Part shown: in pieces, positions 35,462 through 44,164 of the stretch
How positions within the stretch are numbered: the stretch's first letter is position 1
Layout of the letters: the number at the start of each line of letters is the position of its first letter
DNA from: Acidobacteriota bacterium
Lineage (GTDB): Bacteria > Acidobacteriota > Terriglobia > Bryobacterales > Bryobacteraceae
NCBI GenBank assembly: GCA_039931205.1
Contig: JBDTSJ010000095.1
Span: 104 to 64,103, forward strand
Direction: 5' to 3'
Length of the DNA: 64,000 nucleotides
Notes under the pieces: model-generated
What the model was told of the DNA's origin: nothing
Seen by the model: only the letters and a program-made list of their open reading frames with translations
Database searches by the model: none
Position numbers and translations under genes: made by a program

Positions 35462-36901
35462 TTACTCAGGATCCTTCGAACCCGTCCGCGCGCCCTCCGC
35501 CATGATCGTCGCACGTACGTCCAGAAACTTTCTGTATTGACTCATCAGGTCGGCGTAAACCGCATCTCCCAACAACCGGTATCCAGATGTAGTGAAGTGC
35601 ACATGATCGGCCTGCGCCTCGCCAGCCTTCACCCATTCCAGCATCGACCCCGCACCGCCCATTTCCGCGCGCAGATCGACGAATGCGCAACCCATCTCCA
35701 GCGCCGCCCGCCGCTGCGCCTCCGCGATAATGCCAATTCGCGACATGGTCTGCCATTGCCGCCGTATACGCTGCGAGCGATCCGGAGGACCTAGCACTAA
35801 AATCGACGCCGTGGGAGCCGCTAGCCGGAACTGCCGCAGCAAATCCGCAAACATTTTCTCGTAACTATCCACTGTCCAACTGGAGGAGCCGGCTTCGTTG
35901 GTGCCATATGCCAACACAATCATGTCCGGACTTCGATGCAGCAGATTCGCCCGCAGCGTCGCCGGCTCCCACTGATGAATCGTAGTGGCCTGCGCCCCGT
36001 TGATGCCGAACGTCTCATAGGTAATGCCCGTGGCGTTCTCCGCCACCCATCCGAACAACCGTACGGGACCGCTCTCCGTGGTCTCCAGTTCAAATCGATG
36101 CGGGCCCGGGATCGCTTGCACGCGGTAATATCCCGGCCCCGCTTCGCCACTGGTCGAAATCAGATCCAGCGGGACTCCCGAGTCCAATAACTGCAAACCG
36201 CCCCCACCAGGCTGCTGATAGTAGAAGAGCTCGAACTCTTGCGCGTCGGCTTCGATAAACACCGTCTCCCTGGGGGCCGTGGCCGTCATGCTCACTCCAC
36301 CCAGGCCGTAAACGCCGTCGCCGCCCTGCCGCGTAACCAGCCCATCGGTATGCCAGCCCTTGGTCGATCCGGTCTTTACGTCGCGCCGCCGATACCCGGT
36401 CCAGGGCTTCCCCGCGAAGGAAAATCCGCTACCCCCGTCCCCAAAACTGGCCTGGAACAAGTTACGCAATTCGCCGCTGAACTCGTCCGCCGCGGTGTGC
36501 GAGTCTCCATACTGCAACACCCTCACCGGACCGGGAAGCTCGCCGCGCTGATGCCGATACAGTTGTTCGAAAAACGGGACCAACGCCGCTGGATTCTCCA
36601 CCGGAATCGCCGCGCCCGCCGCCAGGCTTCGCGCTACGAACTCCGCCGGTTTTACGTTGACGACGTTGGCGGGCTCCTTCGCGGCGGCCTTATTCTTCGC
36701 GGCCGGCTTGGACTTTGCAGCCGCCTTGGTGGATTTCGCTGTCGTCTTGGTCTTACTGGTTTTCTGCTTCGCGGCCTGTGGCTGCGCGTCCGCCGCCAGC
36801 AGCGCCAGCAGCGCCACCGTCGCCAAACCGGACTGCCAAGCTAGTCGCACGCTAATCTCACGCGATATTTGCTCCGCCCATCTATTGCGCCGCCGGCCCA
36901 C
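35462..36901 (-). CDS. secreted SGNH-like hydrolase/acyltransferase (AlgJ/AlgX/PatB-like role), paralogue A, with Lys/Ala-rich N-terminal linker
   Basis: Block I YGDSHT, block III AYGTNEAG and block V DHVH. A K/A-rich linker (..AAKQKTSKTKTTAKSTKAAAKSKPAAKNKAAAKE..) follows the signal peptide. The ORF overlaps the end of paralogue B by 20 nt and the start is not certain. Confidence 0.7.
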   Translation of the reverse strand: MGRRRNRWAEQISREISVRLAWQSGLATVALLALLAADAQPQAAKQKTSKTKTTAKSTKAAAKSKPAAKNKAAAKEPANVVNVKPAEFVARSLAAGAAIPVENPAALVPFFEQLYRHQRGELPGPVRVLQYGDSHTAADEFSGELRNLFQASFGDGGSGFSFAGKPWTGYRRRDVKTGSTKGWHTDGLVTRQGGDGVYGLGGVSMTATAPRETVFIEADAQEFELFYYQQPGGGGLQLLDSGVPLDLISTSGEAGPGYYRVQAIPGPHRFELETTESGPVRLFGWVAENATGITYETFGINGAQATTIHQWEPATLRANLLHRSPDMIVLAYGTNEAGSSSWTVDSYEKMFADLLRQFRLAAPTASILVLGPPDRSQRIRRQWQTMSRIGIIAEAQRRAALEMGCAFVDLRAEMGGAGSMLEWVKAGEAQADHVHFTTSGYRLLGDAVYADLMSQYRKFLDVRATIMAEGARTGSKDPE

Positions 36902-38270
36902 CCCGAACAGGCGAACTCGCGTGCTGCTGCACTTTCTCGCGCTCCTTCAACTTGCGAAGCTTGAAGGCGTCGAATCCATCTCGTAGTCCGTCATATAGCA
37001 ATTCCCCGACAATCTTCGCGCCCGCCGGCAGTGGATGAATATAGTCTGCGCCCACCAGTCGCGGCGCCGCGGCGTACCATCGCGCCATCGTGCCCGGCCC
37101 GCCCATCGCTTCAAACGTATTGAAGAACGCGATATCCAACTTCACCGATAACTGTTTTTCTTTCTCTACCAGACGAGGCAACGCTTCAAGCGTCCCAATC
37201 TGACCATCGGCCTTCAACTCGCCTCTGTCCATAGGACTCATCAGCAAAATCGACGTATCAGGCAGCGCCGCCCGCACACGCTTCACCGCCGTTTCCATCT
37301 CGTTGCTCCACGTCGAATCCACAAAACCCGGGAATCCGCTCTCATTCGTGCCATACGCCAGGATCACCAGATCCGGCCGATAGTGCCGCAATTGAGCCAG
37401 AAAATGGGCCCGGTCGTAAGCCCGCGAAAGCATGGTTACGCTGGCCCCATTGATTCCCAAGCTGCTGTACAGAACCCCGGGCTTGTCCTTGCGGAATTCC
37501 GCACCGAACAATTTTACGAATCCCGATGTCACGCGCAGACTGAAGGCCGATGCCGTCGCAGGTAGGCTGAACGTGGCAAACCCCGGCTGCTCGATTTCCG
37601 CCGCCGTATTGCCCGTTCCAATCACCTGCCCGTCGGCCTCGAATTCGAACGAGCCCCCATTGGGCTGTGCCAGGAACGCGACCTCGACACTACGCGCCTG
37701 TCCACTGCGCAGGGTCCAGTTCGCGACCGAGCCCGGGGTGCCGCGAAACCGTCCGCCACCCAACCCGAACAACCCGTCTTTGAACTCTGGCCGCCCCGCC
37801 ACATCGATGCCCCAGTTCTCTGCCTCCATGCCCATCCCGCGGTGGGCGTACCAGGCCCACGGCCGCGCGATCAGTACGAATCCCGCCCCAGCGTCGCCGA
37901 ACTGCTTTTGCAGCATGCTGCGGACGTCGGCGGTAATCAAATCCGCCGTGGTCGGCGAATCTCCGTAATGCAAAACCCGTACCGTGCCGCCCTTGCGCAG
38001 AGCATCGTAGAAATGGTCCAACTCGTGTTTCGGATCGATCAGCATCTGCGCCGCCAAGGCCTCTGCCCGAGCCATGCGTAGGCTGTCCATCGACGGTCCG
38101 CCGGCCACTTCCGGCACCGGCGGCAGCGGCAATTCCCAGACCTTGCTGAACTTCGCCGGATCCACCGAACGGTACTGCGCCAGCGCCGGAACCCAATTCG
38201 GCAGCAGCATCAGGACCGCGAAGGTCCCTACCGCCAACATCGTTTTAACAGGAAGGGTTTTCTGCATCAC
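36882..38270 (-). CDS. secreted SGNH-like hydrolase/acyltransferase, paralogue B
   Basis: Block I YGDSPT, block III AYGTNESG and block V DYIH. It has a signal peptide. Its start overlaps the MBOAT stop by 1 nt. Confidence 0.7.
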   Translation of the reverse strand: MMQKTLPVKTMLAVGTFAVLMLLPNWVPALAQYRSVDPAKFSKVWELPLPPVPEVAGGPSMDSLRMARAEALAAQMLIDPKHELDHFYDALRKGGTVRVLHYGDSPTTADLITADVRSMLQKQFGDAGAGFVLIARPWAWYAHRGMGMEAENWGIDVAGRPEFKDGLFGLGGGRFRGTPGSVANWTLRSGQARSVEVAFLAQPNGGSFEFEADGQVIGTGNTAAEIEQPGFATFSLPATASAFSLRVTSGFVKLFGAEFRKDKPGVLYSSLGINGASVTMLSRAYDRAHFLAQLRHYRPDLVILAYGTNESGFPGFVDSTWSNEMETAVKRVRAALPDTSILLMSPMDRGELKADGQIGTLEALPRLVEKEKQLSVKLDIAFFNTFEAMGGPGTMARWYAAAPRLVGADYIHPLPAGAKIVGELLYDGLRDGFDAFKLRKLKEREKVQQHASSPVRGGPAAQ

Positions 38271-39676
38271 TAAAACTGGTTATAGATAAACGGAGCCGCA
38301 CCCGTCGTCACCACATACCGCAAACTCAACACCAATGCCGCCAGAGCCGCCGCTTGCGCGTAGAAGGGAGCCCGTACATACAAGTTTAGACTGCCTTCAT
38401 ACCAGCGGCGAGGCAGGTAGTGCCCCACCACTCCCACCGCCAGCACCAGCCAGAATGCCCGGCTAATATTCACGAATGAGACAGTGCCCGAAGCGATGCG
38501 CTCAACAATCGTCCACGCAGTCGCCATATCCGCCGAGCGAAAGAAAATCCACGCGTACGCGACAAAATGAAATGTCAGCACTATGGCCACGTATCGCCAC
38601 ACCACCGAGTCTTTGCTCTTCCAGTTGGCAGTGGCGCTCTGCCACAAACGCACGGCCACCAAGCCCACTCCATGCAGCGCGCCCCACATTACGAAGGTCC
38701 AACTGGCGCCATGCCACAACCCGCCGATCACCATGGTCAACACCAGATTGGTATATGCGAAGACTTTCCATTTGCTGCGCAGCCCAGGCAGAGAAAAATA
38801 GAGATAGTCGCGCAGCCAATTGGAAAGCGTAATGTGCCAGCGCCTCCAGAACTCGGTCAAGTTCACAGCCGCATAGGGCTGATTGAAATTCGCAGGCAGC
38901 TTGATCCCCAACAGCAACGCAGAGCCGATAGCGATGTCGGTATAGCCCGAAAAATCATAATAAAGCTGGAACGCATAAGCGTACACGCTAACCAGCACTT
39001 CGGTCCCGCTGTAAAGGTTCGGGAAATCAAACACCCGATTGATCAGATTCTCCGCCAGATAATCCGCGATCATCAGTTTCTTCACCAGGCCCATGCCGAT
39101 CAGAAACATCGCCCGCCCGCCGTCGATGGCCTCCAGCGGTTTGCGCTTTTCCATCTGATCGATCAGCGACGACACCCGCGTAATCGGACCTGCCAGGATC
39201 GTCGGGAAAAACGAAACCGCGGCCAGGTGCGCCAGGTAACTCCGCGTACCTTTCGCGTCGCGACGGTACAGATCAATCGTGTAAGTCAGCGACTGAAACA
39301 CGTAAAACGACAGCGTGATCGGCAGTGTCCAGCGCCACACCGGAGCCTCGCGTCCCGTCCAGGACGCCCAGTTCGCCAGGAAAAATGGCATGTACTTGTA
39401 AAATGCCAACAGCCCCAGATTTACCAGGATGCTCAACGAAACCAGCGTCCGCCGAAGTCCCTTACGTTCCCACTTCTGCAAGCCCAGTCCAATCAAGAAA
39501 TCGCAAGTCGACGCAGCCGGAATCAGGATCAAATAGATCATGTCCCAGCGAGCATAAAAAAGGTAGTTCGCGAACAGGATCCACGCCAGCGCCAGAGCGC
39601 GCCAACGCGCCAGCGGCCAGTACAAAGCGAAGATAGCCACCAGAAAGACGAAATACTCCGAGGAAGACAGCAGCAA
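38270..39676 (-). CDS. MBOAT-family membrane O-acyltransferase (AlgI/DltB/PatA-like)
   Basis: Polytopic protein with ..FWRRWHITLSNWLRDYLY.. and ..GGLWHGASW.. (conserved His). TTG start proposed at 39676, giving MLLSSSEYFVFLV.., a typical MBOAT N-terminus. The upstream 75 codons of the track ORF overlap the mqnB promoter region. Confidence 0.8.
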   Translation of the reverse strand: MLLSSSEYFVFLVAIFALYWPLARWRALALAWILFANYLFYARWDMIYLILIPAASTCDFLIGLGLQKWERKGLRRTLVSLSILVNLGLLAFYKYMPFFLANWASWTGREAPVWRWTLPITLSFYVFQSLTYTIDLYRRDAKGTRSYLAHLAAVSFFPTILAGPITRVSSLIDQMEKRKPLEAIDGGRAMFLIGMGLVKKLMIADYLAENLINRVFDFPNLYSGTEVLVSVYAYAFQLYYDFSGYTDIAIGSALLLGIKLPANFNQPYAAVNLTEFWRRWHITLSNWLRDYLYFSLPGLRSKWKVFAYTNLVLTMVIGGLWHGASWTFVMWGALHGVGLVAVRLWQSATANWKSKDSVVWRYVAIVLTFHFVAYAWIFFRSADMATAWTIVERIASGTVSFVNISRAFWLVLAVGVVGHYLPRRWYEGSLNLYVRAPFYAQAAALAALVLSLRYVVTTGAAPFIYNQF

Positions 39677-39712
39677 GTCTTTAGAATACCGCGCGCGTGA
39701 TATTCTGCCGCT

Positions 39713-40306
39713 ATGAACCTGCTGCTGGTGGCCGCGACAGAGATGGAGTGCGCCTTGGTTCGCAAGTCCGCCCGCACCATCGTCACCGGCGTAGGCGCAG
39801 TCAACGCCGCCCACGCCCTTACCGTAGCCGTCGAGAAAGAACGCCCCGAAGCCATCATAATTATCGGGATCGGAGGAGCCTACCCCAACAGCGGCCTCCA
39901 AATCGGCGACGTAGCCTGCGCCGAATCCGAAACCTACGGCGACCTTGGAGTAGAATCCCCAGAAGGTTTCCTGGACATTAGCTCCTTAGGCTTCCTGCAA
40001 ACAACCTATCCGTTACAACTCTTCCCCGCCCCCAGGAAAGCCCGCTTCGTCACCGTCTCGACGTGCTCCGGAACCGATGACCTGTCCCAACGCATTCAGT
40101 CCCGCACCAAAGGCGAAGTAGAAAACATGGAAGGCGCAGCCATCGCTCACATTGCCGCCAAGTACGGTATTCCAACCGGCGAAATCCGCGGCATCAGCAA
40201 CCTGACCGGCAACCGCGACCGCGCGAGCTGGAAAGTTAAGGAAGCCGCCGAAACAGCGCAACAGACACTGCTCGCGTGGCTGAACCTCAGTTCAAATCCC
40301 CGTTAG
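39713..40306 (+). CDS. mqnB: futalosine hydrolase (menaquinone futalosine pathway)
   Basis: 197 aa, PNP/UDP-phosphorylase fold. N-terminus MNLLLVAATEMECALV..VTGVGAVNAAHAL..IIIGIGGAY... Confidence 0.7.
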   Translation: MNLLLVAATEMECALVRKSARTIVTGVGAVNAAHALTVAVEKERPEAIIIIGIGGAYPNSGLQIGDVACAESETYGDLGVESPEGFLDISSLGFLQTTYPLQLFPAPRKARFVTVSTCSGTDDLSQRIQSRTKGEVENMEGAAIAHIAAKYGIPTGEIRGISNLTGNRDRASWKVKEAAETAQQTLLAWLNLSSNPR

Positions 40307-40311
40307 GTTCG

Positions 40312-41949
40312 TTACGTATGTGACCCCGGAGCCTCATGCCCCGTTGCTTGCACATACTCGATATACGTCCCCGGATACGGCCGCGGAGTCCGATCCGTCC
40401 CGCTCTCGCCACCCAACTCCAGCACCTTCGTCCCCAGTCCGCGCAGAAACATACGATCGTGCGACACGAAAAGCATCGTGCCCTCAAAATCCTTCAGCGC
40501 CTCCACCAGCATCTCTTTCGTCGCCAGATCCAAGTGGTTGGTGGGTTCATCCAGCACCAGGAAATTCGGCGGATCGTACAGCATCCGAGCCATCGCCAGC
40601 CTCGATTTTTCGCCGCCCGACAAGGACCGGATCTTCTTCTCCACGTCGTCGCCCGAAAATTGAAACGCTCCGGCCAACGACCGCAGCGATCCCAAACCAT
40701 CCTGCGGAAAATCGTTCTGCAGCTGCTCAATCACGGTTAGATCCGCGTCCAGAACATCCAGCGACTGCTGCGCGAAGTACCCCATTTTCAGGCTCGCGCC
40801 CAAGCGCACCTCGCCGGAATCCGCCGCCAGCGCACCCGCCACCATCTTCAACAACGTCGACTTACCCGCCCCGTTGCGGCCCATCACCGCCCACCGCTCG
40901 CCGCGCCGGATGATCATATTGAACTTGTCGTAAATCACCCGCGAGCCGTAGCTTTTCGCCAGATTCTCAATCACCGCCACCTGATCCCCCGACCGCGGCG
41001 GCGCTCGAAACTCAAACTTCACTACGGTCCGCTTCTTAGGCAGCTCGATCTTTTCAATCTTGTCGAGCGCCTTGATGCGGCTCTGCACCTGCGCCGCCTT
41101 GGCCGCGTGCGTCTTAAAGCGTTCGATGAAACGTTGCTCTTTCGCCAGCATCGCCTGCTGGCGCGAAAACGCCGCTTGCTGATTGGTCTCCCGAATCGTC
41201 CGCTCCCGCTCGTAGAAATCGTAATTGCCGGAGTAAGTAATGATCTCGCCGGCATCGATCTCGGCGATCTTGTCCACCAGCCGGTTCATAAACTCGCGAT
41301 CATGCGAGGTCATCAACAGCGCACCTTCGTACGATTTCAGAAACTGCTCCAGCCAAATAATGGATTCGATGTCCAGATGGTTCGTCGGCTCGTCCATCAG
41401 CAACACGTCCGGACGCCCCAGTAACACGCGAGCCAGCGCCACGCGCATCTTCCAGCCACCCGACAACGCGCCCACATCGCCATCGATCTGATCGTCGGCG
41501 AACCCCAACCCGTGCAGCACCTCGCGAGCCTGCGCCTCCAGCGTGTACCCGCCCAGATGTTCATACTCTTCCTGGACATGCCCGAAGCGATCCAGAATCC
41601 TGTCCATGTCGGCCATTTGCGCGGGATCTTCCATGGCCTGCTGCAAGTGCTCCAACTCATGATGCAGATCGCCCGCGCGCCCGCTGCCCGCGATGGCTTC
41701 ATCCAGCACCGTTCGGCCCGACATTTCCTCCACATCCTGCCGGAAATAGCCGACCGAGAGCTTCTTGGGGACCGTCACATCGCCTTCGTCCGGCGATTCC
41801 TCACCGACGATCATGCGGAACAATGTGGTCTTGCCCGCGCCGTTGGGACCCACTAATCCGGCCTTCTCGCCGGGATTCAACTGGAAGGAAGCGTCTACGA
41901 AAATGAGTTGCTTGCCGTACTGCTTATTGATATTCGCGAAGGAGATCAC
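40312..41949 (-). CDS. ABC-F family ATPase (two ABC domains, no TM domain)
   Basis: GPNGAGKTT / LSGGWKMRVALA / LLMDEPTNHLD, then GRNGAGKST / LSGGEKSRLAMA / LVLDEPTNHLD. GTG start overlaps the upstream stop by 1 nt. Confidence 0.9.
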   Translation of the reverse strand: MISFANINKQYGKQLIFVDASFQLNPGEKAGLVGPNGAGKTTLFRMIVGEESPDEGDVTVPKKLSVGYFRQDVEEMSGRTVLDEAIAGSGRAGDLHHELEHLQQAMEDPAQMADMDRILDRFGHVQEEYEHLGGYTLEAQAREVLHGLGFADDQIDGDVGALSGGWKMRVALARVLLGRPDVLLMDEPTNHLDIESIIWLEQFLKSYEGALLMTSHDREFMNRLVDKIAEIDAGEIITYSGNYDFYERERTIRETNQQAAFSRQQAMLAKEQRFIERFKTHAAKAAQVQSRIKALDKIEKIELPKKRTVVKFEFRAPPRSGDQVAVIENLAKSYGSRVIYDKFNMIIRRGERWAVMGRNGAGKSTLLKMVAGALAADSGEVRLGASLKMGYFAQQSLDVLDADLTVIEQLQNDFPQDGLGSLRSLAGAFQFSGDDVEKKIRSLSGGEKSRLAMARMLYDPPNFLVLDEPTNHLDLATKEMLVEALKDFEGTMLFVSHDRMFLRGLGTKVLELGGESGTDRTPRPYPGTYIEYVQATGHEAPGSHT

Positions 41950-42944
41950 TACTTCGCAGCATACCGTTTACTGTACCGGTTACGCGAATTTGTGATGCTG
42001 AACGCCCCGTCGGCCGTCGCCACCACGTTCAAACGCTTGCCGTCCGCGTCGCCACCGTCGCCCAGGTTTGCCAGGAATACGTCGGGAGAATTCGTCTCCG
42101 AACCACCCGCCATGGCGAAGTGCAGCTGCCACAAATCCTCCAGCCCAGGCGACGCTTTGATATTCTTCCAGCCGGCCCCATCGGCGCCCTTGCGCGGACC
42201 GTTGTTCATCACCACCACCCGTGGCGCCAACCCCCAGATCGCCTTGGGCGATTCCGACCCATGGTGCGTCGACAACATCAGGTCCACCTGCCCCACCTGA
42301 TTCCGGGGACACAGCAACTCCAGTTCCCGGTTGTAAGTGAGATCGCCCGGATCCAGAAAGCGGAACTTGCCAAACTCCACCAGCAACGCCAGCGATTGGT
42401 TGTTCTCCCCCGCCTCCTCCGGCCTCGGCGCAACGCCTTCGCAATATCGATTCGGCTCGCCCACCGCCCCCCGGTTCTTCCCCGCACCCGCCACAATCGT
42501 GACCGAGACATTCTTGAGCGGAATCTTATCGCCCGGAGCCACCACCTGATGTTTCCCCTTCGCAAACGCCCCCGCATACTCGGCCGGATACTCGCCTGTC
42601 TCAATACTCGCGCCATGGTCCAGGAACGTCCCCACCGGCAGGGCCTGCAGCAGGTTCGTGACACCCCCCACATGGTCGCTGTGGAAATGCGTGATCAGCA
42701 GGTAGTCGATGTTCTTGATATTCGCCGCTTTAGCCGCGTCCTTGATGCGGACCGCGTCCCGTCCGCCGAACCCGTCATATCCCGCGTCGATCAACAACGA
42801 CTGCCCGGATGGCGTCACCAGCAGCGTAGCCTGGCCGCCTTCGACGTCAATGAAATACAGCTTCAGTTCGTCCGCCGCCCGCAGCCCCGCCCCCGCCGCC
42901 AGCAACGCCAAAAACACCCGCAAAATTCTGGGAACAGCCCGCAT
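41949..42944 (-). CDS. secreted MBL-fold metallo-hydrolase (ComEC-C-terminal-like)
   Basis: Signal peptide, ..LLITHFHSDHVGG.. and ..STHHGS... Confidence 0.8.
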   Translation of the reverse strand: MRAVPRILRVFLALLAAGAGLRAADELKLYFIDVEGGQATLLVTPSGQSLLIDAGYDGFGGRDAVRIKDAAKAANIKNIDYLLITHFHSDHVGGVTNLLQALPVGTFLDHGASIETGEYPAEYAGAFAKGKHQVVAPGDKIPLKNVSVTIVAGAGKNRGAVGEPNRYCEGVAPRPEEAGENNQSLALLVEFGKFRFLDPGDLTYNRELELLCPRNQVGQVDLMLSTHHGSESPKAIWGLAPRVVVMNNGPRKGADGAGWKNIKASPGLEDLWQLHFAMAGGSETNSPDVFLANLGDGGDADGKRLNVVATADGAFSITNSRNRYSKRYAAK

Positions 42945-42973
42945 GCCGCTATCGTACTCTATGTTTAGACAGG

Positions 42974-43465
42974 TTGGAACAAGACATGGCTTTCTGCGCC
43001 CAGTGCGGTAGCGGCGTCGGGCAAACCGACCAATATTGCCCTAAATGCGGGCACCGCCAAGGCGATCCGTCCCGCCCCCCGCAGCCCAGCCCAGCGGACC
43101 TGTGGAACAACATCTCCGTCCGCAATGCCTCCCTGCTTTGCTATATCCCCTGGGTAGGCTGGCTCGCCGCCATCGCCGTGCTCGCCAGCAACCGCTTCCG
43201 CGGCCAGGACCGCGTCCGTTTCCACGCCTTCCAGGGCCTCTACCTTTTCGTGGCCTACATGTTGGTCGAAATCGTGGTTTCCCCGATGATGAGAGTCGGT
43301 GGATGGAACTGGCAAATGGGACCCAACATCATCCCGCGCCTGCTCACCCTGATACTCTTTGGCGCCTGGATCTTCATGCTGATCAAAGTGAACCAGGACG
43401 AAGACTTCCGCCTGCCCATCCTCGGCGAATTAGCCGACCGCTCCGTCGCCGAACAGCGCTTTTAA
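42974..43465 (+). CDS. zinc-ribbon plus DUF4870-like membrane protein
   Basis: ..MAFCAQCGSGVGQTDQYCPKCGHRQ.. is followed by TM segments with ..VRFHAFQGLYLF... The start is ATG 42974 or ATG 42986. Confidence 0.7.
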   Translation: MEQDMAFCAQCGSGVGQTDQYCPKCGHRQGDPSRPPQPSPADLWNNISVRNASLLCYIPWVGWLAAIAVLASNRFRGQDRVRFHAFQGLYLFVAYMLVEIVVSPMMRVGGWNWQMGPNIIPRLLTLILFGAWIFMLIKVNQDEDFRLPILGELADRSVAEQRF

Positions 43466-43497
43466 CCCTCGCGACTTCCAAGTGACATAATTATGTC

Positions 43498-43728
43498 ATG
43501 GCGATCCGCACCACCGTCGACATCCCCGAACCCCTGCACCACGAACTCCGCAAACGCGCCCAGCAAACCGGCACCTCTATGCGCGCGCTCATTGTGCAAT
43601 CTCTCGACCAGACCTTCGGCGCCAAGAAAAAAGGTAAAAGGATCACAGGCCCGCTGGTGAAAGGCAAAGGCAAGCTAGGCCCCCTCTTTCCAGTGGATGA
43701 GAATCCGTATGACCTCTTACTTCCCTGA
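43498..43728 (+). CDS. vapB: type II antitoxin (VapB-like, ribbon-helix-helix)
   Basis: MAIRTTVDIPEPLHHELRKRAQQTGTSMRALIVQSL... Overlaps the downstream PIN gene. Confidence 0.75.
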   Translation: MAIRTTVDIPEPLHHELRKRAQQTGTSMRALIVQSLDQTFGAKKKGKRITGPLVKGKGKLGPLFPVDENPYDLLLP

Positions 43729-44155
43729 CGTCAACGTGTGGCTTGCCGTGGTCGTACAAGACCACTCTCATAACAAGCCCGCATTTGAATGGATCCGTTC
43801 CGTAAAGGATGACGATCTACTGATCTTTTCGCGTTTCACCCAGATGGGTCTTTTACGGCTGCTAACAAATCAAGCGGCCATGGGAGCCCAGACTTTGTCT
43901 CTGGGCCAGGCTTGGAATGCGTTCGATGAATGCATGGGGGATTCCCGCATTCACTTCCATCCCGAACCATACGGCGTAGACGCCGCTTTCCGCCAGGTAA
44001 CCGCGCCCCTCGCCAAACTCTCAGCCTCCAAAGCCGTCGGCGACAGCTTCCTGATCGCCTTCGCCCAACAAAGCGGAGCCACACTGGTCACTTTCGACAA
44101 GGCCCTATGGACTCAAGCCCGCAAAGCCGCCTGTGCCGCGATGATCCCGCGCTAA
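43709..44155 (+). CDS. vapC: type II toxin VapC (PIN domain)
   Basis: MTSYFPDVNVWLAV.. (first acidic PIN residue) and later ..DSFLIAFAQQSGATLVTFD... The start is 43697 or 43709. Confidence 0.75.
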   Translation: MTSYFPDVNVWLAVVVQDHSHNKPAFEWIRSVKDDDLLIFSRFTQMGLLRLLTNQAAMGAQTLSLGQAWNAFDECMGDSRIHFHPEPYGVDAAFRQVTAPLAKLSASKAVGDSFLIAFAQQSGATLVTFDKALWTQARKAACAAMIPR

Positions 44156-44164
44156 TCCCCTCCA

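Noticed and set aside
36650-36850. Repetitive-looking GC-rich nucleotide stretch, considered as a tandem repeat or CRISPR-like array
   Set aside because: It is the coding sequence of the Lys/Ala-rich linker of SGNH paralogue A (minus strand). It has no regular repeat-spacer periodicity. I saw no CRISPR array anywhere in the window.
38567-39700. 377-aa ORF antisense to the MBOAT gene
   Set aside because: Shadow ORF with a Gln/Arg/Pro/His-rich translation. The MBOAT frame has the conserved His motifs and TM periodicity.
39677-39901. 75-codon N-terminal extension of the MBOAT ORF (track start 39901)
   Set aside because: The extension is Gly/Asp/Ala-rich and non-membrane. It overlaps the divergent mqnB gene start. 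A TTG at 39676 gives the canonical MLLSS.EYF.FL MBOAT N-terminus.
42120-42968. 282-aa ORF antisense to the MBL-fold hydrolase gene
   Set aside because: Shadow ORF. The opposite strand has the HxHxDH metal motif.
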